From positions 682,001 to 746,000 of the forward strand of contig CM059432.1 in the NCBI GenBank assembly GCA_030390025.1: a DNA stretch of 64,000 bases. The letters run 5' to 3'. Below are positions 37,857 through 50,224 of this stretch, piece after piece. Below the pieces are notes generated by a model. The model was given only the letters and a program-made list of their open reading frames with translations. It had not been told where the DNA came from and searched no databases. The position numbers and the translations under genes are program-made. Source of the stretch: Squalus acanthias. Taxonomy: Eukaryota. How positions within the stretch are numbered: position 1 is the stretch's first letter; every line of letters starts with the position of its first letter.

Positions 37857-38164
37857 TAAGATTCCCCATCACATATCTCATACTATCTGCAGGATTCCTC
37901 CTTTGCCTCAGCACCATCAAGCCTTCCCTTTCCCTCTTGGCAGGGCTGTCCATAAGTCAGCAGGAAAGACTTCACTGCATCTCCTTTCTGCACTCGCCCC
38001 CGGAAAAGCTGTTACTGCCCTCACACCTACTCCTTCTTGGCCACACTTGCTGCTTCTTCCTATCATTGTGTATACTATGGTGAATTGGCTCAGTATTGTT
38101 GAAAACCTTTGCCCACTTCCACTCTTCTCGTGAGGGAAGCTGGCTCACAATCGGGGAAGACAAC

Positions 38165-39612
38165 CAGACTTGCATTTCTATAGCGCCTTTCACAACCTCA
38201 GGATATCCCAAAGCGCTTTACAACCAATGAAGTACTTTTACATCGAAACATAGAAACATAGAAGATAGGAGCAGGAGTAGGCCATTCAGTCCCTCGAGCC
38301 TGCTCCGCCATTCAATGAGATCATGGCTGATCATCCAAATTCAGTACCCTGTCACTGCCTTCTCTCCATATCCCTTGATCCCTTTAGTTTTAAGAAATAT
38401 ATCCAACTCCTTCTTGAATATATTTAATGAATTGGCCTCTACTGCCTTCTGTGGTAGAGAATTCCACAGGTTCACCACTCTCTGGGTGAAGAAATTCCTC
38501 CTCATCTCAGTCCTAAATGGCTTACCCCTTATCCTTAGACTGTGACCCCTGGTTCTGGACTCCCCGGCCATCGGGAACATCCTTCTCGCATCTAGTCTGT
38601 CTAGTCCTGTTAGAATTTTATAAGTTTCAATGAGATCCCCTCTCATTCTTCTAAACTCCAGTGAGTATAAGCCCAATCGACCCAATCTCTCCTCATACGC
38701 CATTCCTGCCATCCCGGGTATCAGCCTGGTGAATCTTCGCTGCACTCCCTCCATGGCAAGAACATCCTTCCTCAGATAAGGCGACCAAAGCTGCACACAA
38801 TACTCAAGATGTGGTCTCACCAAGGCCCTGTACAACTGCAGCAAGACATCCTTGTTCCTGTACTCGAATCCTTTCGCTACGAAGGCCAACATACCCTTTG
38901 CCTTCTTAACCGCCTGCTGCACCTGCATGCTTACCTTCAGCGATTGGTGCACAAGGACACCCAGGTCTCGTTGCACTTCCCCTTCTCCCAATCTATTGCC
39001 ATTCAGATAATAATCTGCCTTCCTGTTTTTGACACCAAAGTGGATAACCTCGCATTTATCCACATTATATTGCATCTGCCATGCTTCTGCCCAATCCCCC
39101 AACCTGTCCAAATCATACTGGAGTTTCTCGGCATCCTCCTCCCGGCACACACTCCCACCCAGCTTTGTGTCGTCTGCAAACTTGGAGATATTACATCCAA
39201 TTCCATCGTCCAGATCATTAATATATATTGTGAATAGCTGGGTGTAGTCACTTTGTAATGTAGGAAATGCGGCAGCCAATTGCACACAGCAAGGTCCCAC
39301 AAAACAGCAACGTGATAATGACCAGATAATCTGCTTTAGTGATGTTGATTGAGGGACAAATATTGGCCCCAGGACACTGGGGAGAACTCACCTGCTCTTC
39401 TTTGAAATAGTGCCATGGGATCTTTTACGTCTACCTGAGAGCGCAGACGGGGCCTAGGTTTGACGTCTCATCCGAAAGACGGCACCTCCAACAGTGCAGC
39501 ACTCCCTCAGTACTGCACTGGAGTGTCAGCCTAGATTTCTGTGGTCAAGTCTCTGGAGTGGGACTTGAATCCACAACCTTCTGACTCAGAGGCGAGAGTG
39601 CTGCCCACTGAG
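38165..39612 (-). mobile_element. Deu-domain SINE split by a CR1 insertion
   Basis: SINE tail 38165-38240; body and head 39243-39612. Confidence 0.75.
38241..39242 (-). mobile_element. Young 5'-truncated CR1
   Basis: Open ORF 38341-39240 QLFTIYINDLD..KFADDTKLGG..GYGEKAVTGY; (TTTCTATG)n tail. Confidence 0.95.
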
Positions 39613-40249
39613 GAGGTCTCGTCACACTGAAAACACTCAACCCTATAGGAAGACACACAGCAGTCAGAATCAGAGATGCCAAGGTTGGAGGACTGGCACA
39701 GCAGAGTGTGTTGGCATCTTCCTTTCCTATTCTCTTCCTACTAAACTCTTTCTGACACACATTCACACAATCGCACACCAAGTATGATCACCTGGTGGTG
39801 CATTGCATTGCCACTGATCTGCTAGTGCTTACACTCGCCAGTGCATCCTAACCCTTGTCCTTCGCCACATTTTTCTAGGTAAATCAGATGCCTCGGTCAC
39901 AAGTGCCAGACAGAGTGATGAGAAAAACCTTGATGACAGTGCATTGTCACTCACTCTTATCTTGACAAGCGACAGCATAGAAATCGGCATCCCACATGAT
40001 TCAGTGAGTTCGAGGGGACAGCAATGGGGATTCACCGAGCACAAGTGAGCAGGAGCAGGTGGAGCAGAGAGAAGGCCAAGGGAAAAGCTAACCGGAGGGC
40101 CAGCTCATGTCTTGCCTCTGCTTAAGCGGACAGGGATGCAGAATTCAGGGAACCAGGACTGAAACGAGAAATGACTTCTGTGCACCAGCAATTGCTGAAT
40201 GCATTCGACTGCCTGCCAAGCAGCTTCCAAAGCATGTTGGATAGTCTGG

Positions 40250-41795
40250 TGGGATCTAAAGTAGTGGACAGGGGAATGTCTATGGATGTTATTTATATGG
40301 ACTTTCAGAAGGCATTTGATAAAGTCCCACGTAAGCGACTGTTAACTAAGGTAGAAGCCCATGGAATTGAAGGCAAATTATTGACCTGGTTAGGGAATTG
40401 GCTGAGCGGCAGGAGACAGGCAGTAGGGATAGAAACATAGAAACATAGAAGATAGGAGCAGGAGTAGGCCATTCGGCCCCTCGAGCCTGCTCCGCCATTT
40501 AATGAGATCATGGCTGATCATCCAAATTCAGTACCCTGTCCCTGCTTTCTCCCCATATCCCTTGATCCCTTTAGCCTTAAGAAATATATCTAACTCCTTC
40601 TTGAATATATTTAATGAATTGGCCTCAACTGCCTTCTGTGGTAGAGAATTCCACAGGTTCACCACTCTCTGGGTAAAGAAATTCCTCCTCATCTCTGTCC
40701 TAAATGGCTTACCCCTTATCCTTAGACTGTGACCCCTGGTTCTGGACTCCCCCGCCATCGGGAACATCCTTCCTGCATCTAGTCTGTCTAGTCCTGTTAG
40801 AATTTTATAAGTTTCAATGAGATCCCCTCTCATTCTTCTAAACTCTAGCGAATACAAGCCCAATCGTCCCAATCTCTCTTCATACGTCATTCCTGCCATC
40901 CCAGGTATCAGTCTGGTGAATCTTCGCTGCACTCCCTCCATGGCAAGAACATCCTTCCTCAGATAAGGCGACCAAAACTGCACACAATACTCAAGGTGTG
41001 GTCTCACCAAGGCCCTGTACAACTGCAGCAAGACATCCTTGCTCCTGTACTCGAATCCTCTCGCTATGAAGGCCAACATACCATTTGCCTTCTTAACTGC
41101 CTGCTGCACCTGCATGCTTACCTTCAACGACTGGTGCACAAGGACTCCCAGGTCTCGTTGCACTTCCCCTTTTCCCAATCTATTGCCGTTCAGATAATAA
41201 TCTGCCTTCCTGTTTTTGCCACCAAAGTGGATAACCTCGCATTTATCCACATTATACTGCATCTGCCATGCACCTGCCCAATTACCCAACTTGTCCAAAT
41301 CATACTGGAGTTTCTCTGCATCCTCCTCACAACACACACGCCCACCCAGCTTTGTGTCGTCTGCAAACTTGATAATGGGTAGGTACTCAAATTGGCAGGA
41401 TGTGACTAGTGGTGTCCCGCAGGGATCTGTGTTGTGGCCTCAACTATTCACAGTATTTATTAACGACTTAGATGATGGCATAGAAAGTCATATATCCAAA
41501 TTTGCTGATGACACAAAGATAGGCGGCATTGTAGGCACTGTAGATGAAAGTATAAAATTACAAAGGGATATCGACAGTTTAAATGAATAGGCAAAACTGT
41601 GCAAATGGATTTCAATGTAGGCAAATGCAAGGTCATCCACTTCGAACCTAAAAATGATAGAACAGGGTACTTTCTAAATGGTGAAAAGCTAAAAACAGTG
41701 GCGGTCCAAAGAGACTTGAGGGTCCAGGTACATCGATCATTAAAATGTCATGAACAGGTACAGAAAATAATTTAAAAGGCTAATGGAATGCTGGC
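40250..41795 (+). mobile_element. CR1 RT fragment split by an antisense young CR1
   Basis: YMDFQKAFDKVP..WLSGRRQAVG| then |IMGRYSNWQDVTSGVPQGS; GATA duplicated at both junctions. Confidence 0.85.
40433..41370 (-). mobile_element. Young 5'-truncated CR1
   Basis: ORF 40528-41337, nearly identical to the 38341-39240 and 34080-34832 copies. Confidence 0.95.
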
Positions 41796-41914
41796 AGATT
41801 CAATAGTAACTTTCAAAAGGGAATTGGATAAATACTTGAAGGGAAAAATTTGCAGGGCTATGGTGAAAGGGCAGAGTGGACTAATTGGAGAGCTCTTTCA
41901 CAGGTATTCTCTCC

Positions 41915-43419
41915 ACAGGTTCTCTCTCCTCAGGTACTGTCCCCCTCTCCCTCAAATCTGCTGTCATCGCCCCTCCTCAAAAAAAACAACCCTTGACCCC
42001 TCCGTCCTTGCAAACTACCGCCCCATCTCCAACCTCCCTTCCTCTCCAAAGTCCTTGAACTTGTTGTCGCCTCCCAAATCCGTGCCCATCTTTCCCACAA
42101 TTTCATGTTTGAATCCCTCCAATCATGTTTCCGCCCTTGCCACAGTACCGAAACAGCTCTCATCAAAGTCACAAATGACATCCTTTGTGACTGTGACAAA
42201 GGTAAACTATCCCCCCTCGTCCTTCTTGACTTGTCTCCAGCCTTTGACACAGTTGACCACTCCATCCTTCTCCAACGCCTCTTCTCCATCGTGCAGCTGG
42301 GTGGAACTGCACTCGCCTGGTTCCATTCTTATCTATCTAATCGTAGCCATTGAATCACCTGCAACGGCTTCTCTTCCCGCTCCCGCATCATTACCTCTGG
42401 TGTCCCCCAAGGATCTATCCTTGGCCCCCTCCCATTTCTCATGTTGGCGACATCATCCGAAAACACAGCATCAGTTTCCACATGTACGCTGACGACACCC
42501 AGCTCTACCTCACTACCTCTTCTCTCGACCCCTCCACGGTCTCTAAATTGTCAGACTGCTTGTCCGACATACAGTTCTGGATGAGCAGAAATTTTCTCCA
42601 GTTAAATATTGGGAAGACCGAAGCCATTGTTTTCGGTCCCAGTCACAAACTCCGTTCCCTAGCCACTGACTCCATCCCTCTCCCTAACATCTGTCTGAGG
42701 CTGAACCACACTGTTCGCAACCTTGGTGTCAGCTTCCGACCACATATCCGCAGCATAACAAAGACCGCCTATTTCCACCTCCGTAACATCGTCCGTCTCC
42801 GCCCTTGCCTCATCTCATCCACTGCTGAAACCCTCATCCATGCCTTTGTTACCTCTAGACTTGACTATTCCAACGGTCTCCTGGCTGGCCTCCCACATTC
42901 TACCCTACATAAACTTGAGGTCATCCAAAACTAGGTTGCCCGTGTCCTAACTCGCACCAAATCCCGTTCGCCCATCACCCTCTGTGCTCGCTGACCTACA
43001 TTGGCTCCCAGTTAAACAGCATCCCGATTTCAAAATTCTCATCCTTGTTTTCAAATCCCTCCATGACCTCGCCCCTCCCTATCTCTGTAATCTCCTTCAG
43101 CCCCACAACTCCCCCCGAGATATCTGCGCTCCTCTAATTCTGCCCTCCTGAGCATCCTGATTATATTCGCTCAACCATTGGTGGCTGTGCCTTCTATTGC
43201 CTAGGCCCTAAGCTCTGGAATTCCCTGCCTAAACCTCTCCGCCTCGCTACCTCTCTTTCCTCCTTTAAGAAGCACCTTAAAACCTACCTGTCACCTGCCC
43301 TAATTTCTCCTTATGTGGCTCAGTGTCAAATATTTTGTCTTATAATACTCTGTGCAGCGCCTTGGGACGTTTTACTACGTTAAAGACGCTATATAAATAC
43401 AAGTTGTTGTTGTTGTTGT
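41915..43419 (+). mobile_element. L2 LINE (RT plus 3' end)
   Basis: LDPSVLANYRPISNL; STETALIKVTND..LLDLSPAFDTVDH; YADDTQLY; HAFVTSRLDYSN; (GTT)n tail. Confidence 0.93.
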
Positions 43420-44806
43420 ATGATGGGCCAAATGGTCTTCTTCTGTGCTGTATCATTATATAATATTTAAATGTTAATTTTAACTCACCTTGCCTACAAA
43501 GGAATGTTTTTAGCAATTACACATGGGCACAAGTTGGGCTCAAATGTGCATTTATTTGGCACCTGTACTGATAGATTGAGGAGGAAGATTGAGGCCACTG
43601 TTTCAGGGGCGATATTTGTGTTGTGGGGACCACGTGCAAAGGTTCGGTTTGGGGAATGGATAAGCTCAGGGCGCCTGACAATGCGACTGCCTGGTTTGCA
43701 CAGCCCTAACGCCGTCCCTGACTTCATTGATGCTGGATAAGATACATGCAGACTGGTCGTGGCAAAAAGTGAATTCATTAGAATAAGAGCTCAGCCCATC
43801 TGGACTGGCCAATGCTGCCGGTGGATGCTGCTTATAGGGACTGGAAGTGCTCAGGGGCTCCCGTGTAATTGCATGGCCCGAATGCCGGTCCTGCTTACTA
43901 GCATGGAACATCCGTAAGCTTCTCAGTCACCTTGTCCATTAGGGCAATGGTTGTAGGGTTATCCGGAGACAAGGGGGAAGAATCCCCAGTCCCCAATGAT
44001 GGGTCAATCCCTTCACAATAATGACAGGTCAATCTACAATAGTGCTCTAAAATCTATCACAAAGGGTGGAATTGTTTCCAATCTTCATCCAGTATGTCAT
44101 CTTGGCGCCAACTCAACTAACCGCACCTCATCTCCTTCCCTTCCAGCAGGTCCACAGCATAGAATGACATTGAATTTACAGCACAGAAACAGGCCAAGCA
44201 GCACCGGTCCATGCCGGTGTTTATGCTCCACAAGAGCCTCCTCCCACCTTACTTCATCTCGCCCTATCAGCATAACCTTCTATTCCTTTCCCCCCTCATG
44301 TACTTATCTAGCTTCCCATCCCTTAAATGCATCTATGATTAACCATACAGGTTATGGCAAGAGGTCACACTGCAAATATGGAGGAAACTGAAACACATGT
44401 CTACTGCTTCCAACCTTGCTTCTTTTCACAAAATATTCATTACAATTACAAGACCATAAACAGCTTTCCCCTGGTATCTGCAATGTGTGCAAGCGTCTTT
44501 CGGGGTACTAAGATTATGGGATACAACTGCCGTCTCTCCATTTAGTGGCACTGGGAGAAAATAGCAACATTTTGGCCAAATTGATCTTTGTGTTTTGCTT
44601 TTTAATTACATGCGGATAAATATACAGTAAAAGGTTGCAAACTATGAGAAGGGTCCACAATATGTCAGTGATTGATCCCACTTTAAACAGCATCCCATCC
44701 GTTATTTTTTTTTAAAACAAGATCTCCATTCATGCATCTCTTAGTAGTTCGCTTCTCTGCAATCATGCACAACCCCAGGATGGTCTGCATCAAATGGCAC
44801 CGTTAC

Positions 44807-44818
44807 CTTAAAAGACAT
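44807..44818 (-). CDS. ANKRD29: ANKRD29 exon 1 coding part: MSFK
   Basis: AGG ATG TCT TTT AAG|gtaacg matches the recalled human N-terminus (MCR)MSFK|K; phase 0 fits exon 2; lies next to the CpG-rich region. Confidence 0.8.
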
Positions 44819-44879
44819 CCTGCTGCAATTTCCCGAGAGGTGACATGAAACTAGAGGTGACCCGAGTCTTGCTGGCTGC

Positions 44880-45145
44880 TTTCCTCCTTTCACGGGGTTT
44901 AGGAACCGGGATCCGGGTAAATGGAGCGGTTCAGACCCGCAGAATGTCCCGCACCAATATCACTAATTAATAATAAACTGACCGCTCAATGATCAGTCTG
45001 GCACTGCGCGTTCCCGTGACCAGCCGGGGTCTGGCACTGCGCGTCCCCGCGATCCACCCTGCCACCGCGCGTCCCCGCGATCCGCCCTGCCACAGCGCGA
45101 ACCCGCGATCCGCCCTGCCACTTGTTTCTGCAGAACTGCGTGGCC
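44880..45145 (-). promoter_or_regulatory. CpG-rich promoter/5' region of ANKRD29 with GC-box tandem repeats
   Basis: Dense CpG; about 27-bp unit gcgcgtccccgcgatccgccctgccac x3 with CCGCCC boxes; immediately upstream of exon 1. Confidence 0.65.
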
Positions 45146-45365
45146 CTCTTCCAGCTCATTGGTCGCTGAATCATATAGAATCTTACAGCACAGAACATCG
45201 TGCCTGTGAAGGAGCTCTCCAATTAGTCCCACTCCCCGCTCTCTCCCCAGAGCCCTGCAATTTTCTCCTTTTCAAGCAAGGAAAGATGTTGCATTCATAT
45301 AGTGTGTTTCACAACCTCAGGAAGTCCCAAAGTGCTTTACAGCCAATGAAGTATTTTTGAAGTCA

Positions 45366-46251
45366 GGGGAAAAATGCAGTTGGTTGCGCCTCCCGTTAGC
45401 GCCTTAAGAGGGCGCTAATGGGGCGCAAAGCAACTACCGCCCGTGCGCGGCGATGTTTGCGCCGCTCGCGAAATTAACTAGACATTTTGTGGCGGCGCTA
45501 AACACTACCGTCACGATCTCCTGCGCGGCAGATCGTGACGTCAGTCGAGTGCGCAACGCCCCGGTAGCGCCCCGGAGCGGATATTGAGTGGCGCCCCCTG
45601 CCTTACCGCCTGCCGCTAGCAACGACAGGTTGAGGGGAGCGTTTTGCAGTCAGGAAGGGACTGGGGGAGCGCTATTTAAAGGCGACCGCTTCCTGCCTTT
45701 TTTTGTTGGTGACATTTTTGAACCACGCATTCTGAGAGAGAGAGAGACTTCTGGAGAGATTCAACGCTGTGTGAAGGAGTTTTGGGTACTGAGCAGCACT
45801 TTGCAGGTTCGTTTTGATTTGCCCTTCCTTGTATCGATTTAGAAGAGACTGTGGAGGCTGCACTCTGAGCTCTTTCACTGGTACTCTCCATTGTTCTTTC
45901 CAGCAGATTTGATGTACCGGTCTCTCCAGGCCGAGATTCAAGGCTGCAATGAGCAGGATGTGGATGGAGAGCAAGATCAACCCTCCCCTTTAAGAACTGG
46001 CCCGTGCCATTGTGTTTGTGTTCCATTGCTGACTGACATCACATGAGCTTCGCCAGCGCTCTGAGTTAGTGCCTCGCTCCTCGGCCTTTGCGCCTTAAGA
46101 CAGATGTGTAGCGCCTGATTTAGCGCTCCAATCACCTCCAGGGGCGATAAAAGTCAAGTTTGCAGTCGGAGGCGATATTTAGCGCTGGGCGCTAATCTTT
46201 GCGCCCAGCCGATAATTGCGCCCCAAATGTGGCGATACTGAATTTCTCCCC
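45366..46251 (+). mobile_element. Non-autonomous Harbinger-like element/MITE
   Basis: TIR ggggaaaaatgcagt / actgaatttctcccc; CpG-rich; inverted homolog at 60175-60886; sits inside a Deu SINE (45290-45365 and 46933-47007). Confidence 0.8.
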
Positions 46252-46932
46252 CATAGAGTCATAACGGCACAGAAGGAGGCCATTCGGCCCATCGATTCCG
46301 TGCCAGCTCTCTGTAGAGCAATCCAGTCAGTCCCATTCCCCCGCTCTATTCCCTTAGCCCTGCAAGTTTATTTCCCTCAAGTGCCTATCCAGTCTCCCCT
46401 TGAAAACATTGAGTGTCTCCGCTTCCACCACTTCCGTCAGCAGCAAGTTCCAGGTCATCACCACTCGCTGCGTAAAAAAGTTTTTCCTCACATCCCCCCT
46501 GTATCTCTTGCCCAAAACCTTAAATCTGTGTCCCCTAGTCCTTGTACCATCAACTAGTGGGAACAGCCTTTCCCCGTCTAGCCTATCCAAACCCGTCATA
46601 ATCTTGTACACCTCTATCAAATCACCCCTCAACCTCCTTTGCTCTAATGAAAACAAATCTAGCTTCTCCAACCTGTCCTTGTAGCTAAGATCCCCCATCC
46701 CCAGAACCATTCTGGTAAATCTCCTCTGCACCTTCGCAAGGGCCTTCACATCCTTCCTAAAGTGTGGTGACCAGAACTGGACGCAATACTCCAGTTGTGG
46801 CCTAACCAGCGCTTTATAAAGGTTCAGCATAACTTCTCTACTTTTGTACTCAATACCTCTATTTATGAAGCCCAAGATCCCATATGCTTTGTTAACCACT
46901 CTCTCAATATGTCCTGCCACCTTAAGGGACCT
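46252..46932 (-). mobile_element. CR1 3' part
   Basis: RSLKVAGHIERVVNKAYG..NFFTQRVVMTWN. Confidence 0.9.
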
Positions 46933-47004
46933 ATTGTTGTAATGTAGGAAACGCGGCAACAGTTTGCGCACAGCAAGGTCCCACAAACAGCAATCTGATA
47001 ATGA

Positions 47005-50000
47005 CCAAGCTGTTCCAGTACAACGACAACACTGGCATCTACCTAACAAAGTGGAAAATTGCCCAGGTATGTCCTGTCCCGGTATGTCCTGTCCACAAAA
47101 AGTTGGACAAATCCAATCCGGCCAATTACCACCCCATCAGTCAACTCTCAATCATCAGCAGAGTGAGGGAAGGTGTCGTCGCCAGTGCTATTAAGCGGCA
47201 CTTAATAACCAATAACCTGCTCACCAAAGCCCAGTTTGGGTTCTGCCAGGATCACTCAGCACCAGACCTCATTACAGCCTTGGTCCAAACATGGACAAAA
47301 CAGTTGAATTCTACTGGTGAGGGTAGCGTGACTGCCCTTGACATCAAGGCAGCATTTGACCGAGTGTGGCATCAAGGAGCCCATAAAAGGAAGATGGTTG
47401 TGGTTGCTGGAGGCCACTCATCTCAGCCCCAGGACATCGCTGCAGGAGTTCCTCAAGGCAGTGTCCTAGGCCCAACCATCTTCAGCTGCTTCATCAATGA
47501 CCTTCCCTCCATCATAAGGTCAGAAGTGGGGATGTTTGATGATGATTGCACAGTGTTCAGTTCCAATCGCAACTTCTCAGAGCAGTCCGTGCCCGCATGC
47601 AACAAGATCGAGACGACATTCAGGCTTGGGCTGATAAGTGGCAAATAACATTCGCGCCACACAAGTGCCAGGCAATGACTATCTCCAACAAGAAATATCT
47701 AACCACCTACCCTTGACATTTAACAGCATTACCATATCCCCCACCATCAACATCCTCGGGGTCACCATTGACCAGAAATTTAACTGGACCAGCCATATAA
47801 ATACTGTAGCCACAACAGCAGGTCAGAGGCTGGGTATTCTGCCTCGAGTGTTTCACCTCCTCACTCCCCAAAGCATTTCTACCATCTACAAGGCACAAGT
47901 CAGGAGTGTGATGGAATACTCTCCACTTGCCTGGATGAGTGCAGCTCCAACAACACTCAAGAAGCTCGGCACCATCCAAGACAAAGCAGCCCGCTTGATT
48001 GGCACCCCATCCCCCATCTTAAACATTCACTCCCTCCTCCACCGACGCACTGCAGCAACTCGCCAAGGCTTCTTCAACAGCACCTCCCAAACCCGTGACC
48101 TCTACCATCTAGAAGGACAAGGGCAGCAGACGCATGGGAACACTGACGTAAGAAAACTACTAGGCACTTGGTCTGAGTATTAAACAAGGCTTTAATCAAC
48201 TGTTTTTCAACATGGAGATCTAGTTGTGTCCTTCACTAGTTCCTGTTAAAGAATGTCCTGAGCAAGCTGGGCCCATGCCCGAGTAGTTATACTCTCCCTG
48301 GACAGCACCACCAGCAGGCCGCCCAGTATTATTTCATAAGTCATTTCCACATGAATGACAAGATTCATGTCATTCTTCCCGCCTGAAAGATTGGAAGTCC
48401 GGCGGCTTCCTTCTACCGAATTAATCGGACTAAGAATAGACGCAGTCGTTTGGATCTCCGTTGGAGGCCGGAAGGCACGTCCCCTCGGACCGTGTTTCGG
48501 TCCCTGGGTCGCTTGGTTTGTACCGGCGTGCTGGCAGAGTCCGTGTCGCCTTGATCGACCTGAGGGGGACTGGGGAGATCGTGGCTCCGGGTGCGGGTCC
48601 CCACCGGCGCAGAGCTGGCTTCATCCTGCTCAGTAGTCGGTGACTGACCGGCGTCCTGGCTTCGGGTGGCCATCCCGCGGGGAGTGCTCTGTTCCCCGGG
48701 TTGATCCGGTGGAATAGTTAGCAGATCCCTTGACATCCCGGGTGGGGCGTCATCCTCAGAGGAGCGCAGGGTATCGGCGTCATTAATACGGATCCCACTA
48801 TCGATTGGGTCCGTGGGACCGGTTGGGCAGGGAGCCAGATCCCGAAGTGACACCGTGGATTCCCAGCCATCAGGGTACCGCACATGCGCTTATGTGGGAT
48901 TGACATCTATCAGTTCCACTTTGTCGACGAGGGGATTACTCTTAGAGGATCGGACGAATCATCGGAGCAGCACGGGGCCAGGAGCTGCCAACCATGATGG
49001 TAAAGACGTCCCATGAGTGGAGCGACGCTGGAACCCGAAGAATCGTTCGTGAAGAGTAGCATTGGTGGATGTAGAAAGAAGAGACCTGATGGAATGCAAC
49101 GCGTCAGGGAGCATAGTTTCCCACTGCTGGTCTGGTAGGTTGTGCGACCTCAGTGCGAGACGAACAGCGTTCCAAACCAGTGTTGTATCTCTCAACCTGT
49201 CCGTTTCCAATAGGATGATACGGTGTTGATTTACTTGTGGCAATTCCGTTAATAAAAGAGTCACGAATTAATTCCTCCCGGTACTGCTCAGCTGAGACAG
49301 CCTTGAGATTACAATCTTTGCTGAGCCTGCAAAGCTTTTGAAGGAATTCGTCAAGTGATACCCCGGGTTGTTGTCGAGTTGTGGCCAGTAGATGCCGAGC
49401 AAAAATTTTGTTTGGGTCCTTAACATATAGTTGCTGTAGTATTCGGATAGCGGAGTCATAGTCGACACAGTCTTCGATATAGTCAAACACATAAGGGGAT
49501 ACATAATTGGCAAGTATCTCTAACTTATCAGGAACATTCTCACCACACACCCTGAGGTAGTTGCTGAAGGTACGATACCAGTGTTTCCATGCCTTAGCAG
49601 TTGTAGGTGAATTCGGGTCCAGGTCAAGACGGGCGGGTCGGAGTAGTTTCTCCATGATGGATTGATTACTACATCCGGTTCCTTTCTACCGTTTGAGTCG
49701 TAGCCGTCTGTTCCCAAAACCACTCAGAGCGTGGAGCAGGTCCAGTTGATTAAATTGACGTAAGAAAACTACTAGGCACTTGGTCTAAGCGTTAAACAAA
49801 GCTTTAATCAACGGTTTTTCAACATGGAGATCTAGTTGTGTCCTTCACTAGTTCCTGTTAAAGAATGTCCTGAGCAAGCTGGGCCCATGCCCGCGTATTT
49901 ATACTCTCCCTGGACAGCGCCACCAGCAGGCCGCCCAGTATTATTTCATAAGTCATTTCCACATGAATGACAAGATTCATGTCAAACACCATCACCTCCA

Positions 50001-50224
50001 AGTTCTCCTCCAAGTCACACACCATCCTGACTTTGAAATATATCGGCGTTCCTTCATCATCGCTGGGTCAAAATCCTGGAACTCCCTACCTAACAGCACA
50101 GTGGGAGTACCTTCACCACACAGACTGCAGCGGTTCAAGAAGGCGGCTCACCACCACCTTCTCAAGGGCAATTAGGGATAGGGTAATAAATGCTGGCCTT
50201 GCCAGCGATGCCCATATCCCATAA
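47005..50224 (+). mobile_element. Family-B LINE 3' half, split by an LTR element
   Basis: ORFs 47001-47648 and 47638-48143; sequence resumes at 49990 and runs to the 3' UTR. Confidence 0.9.
48144..49984 (-). mobile_element. Internally deleted Gypsy-type LTR retrotransposon (gag plus integrase C-terminal half)
   Basis: 229-bp LTRs 48144-48372 and 49756-49984 with TG..CA ends; TSD AACAC; purine tract caggcgggaagaa next to the 3' LTR; gag-like MEKLLRP..WKHW..IRDSFINGI; integrase TPYHPIGNGQVERYN, LPDALHSIRSLL. Confidence 0.93.
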
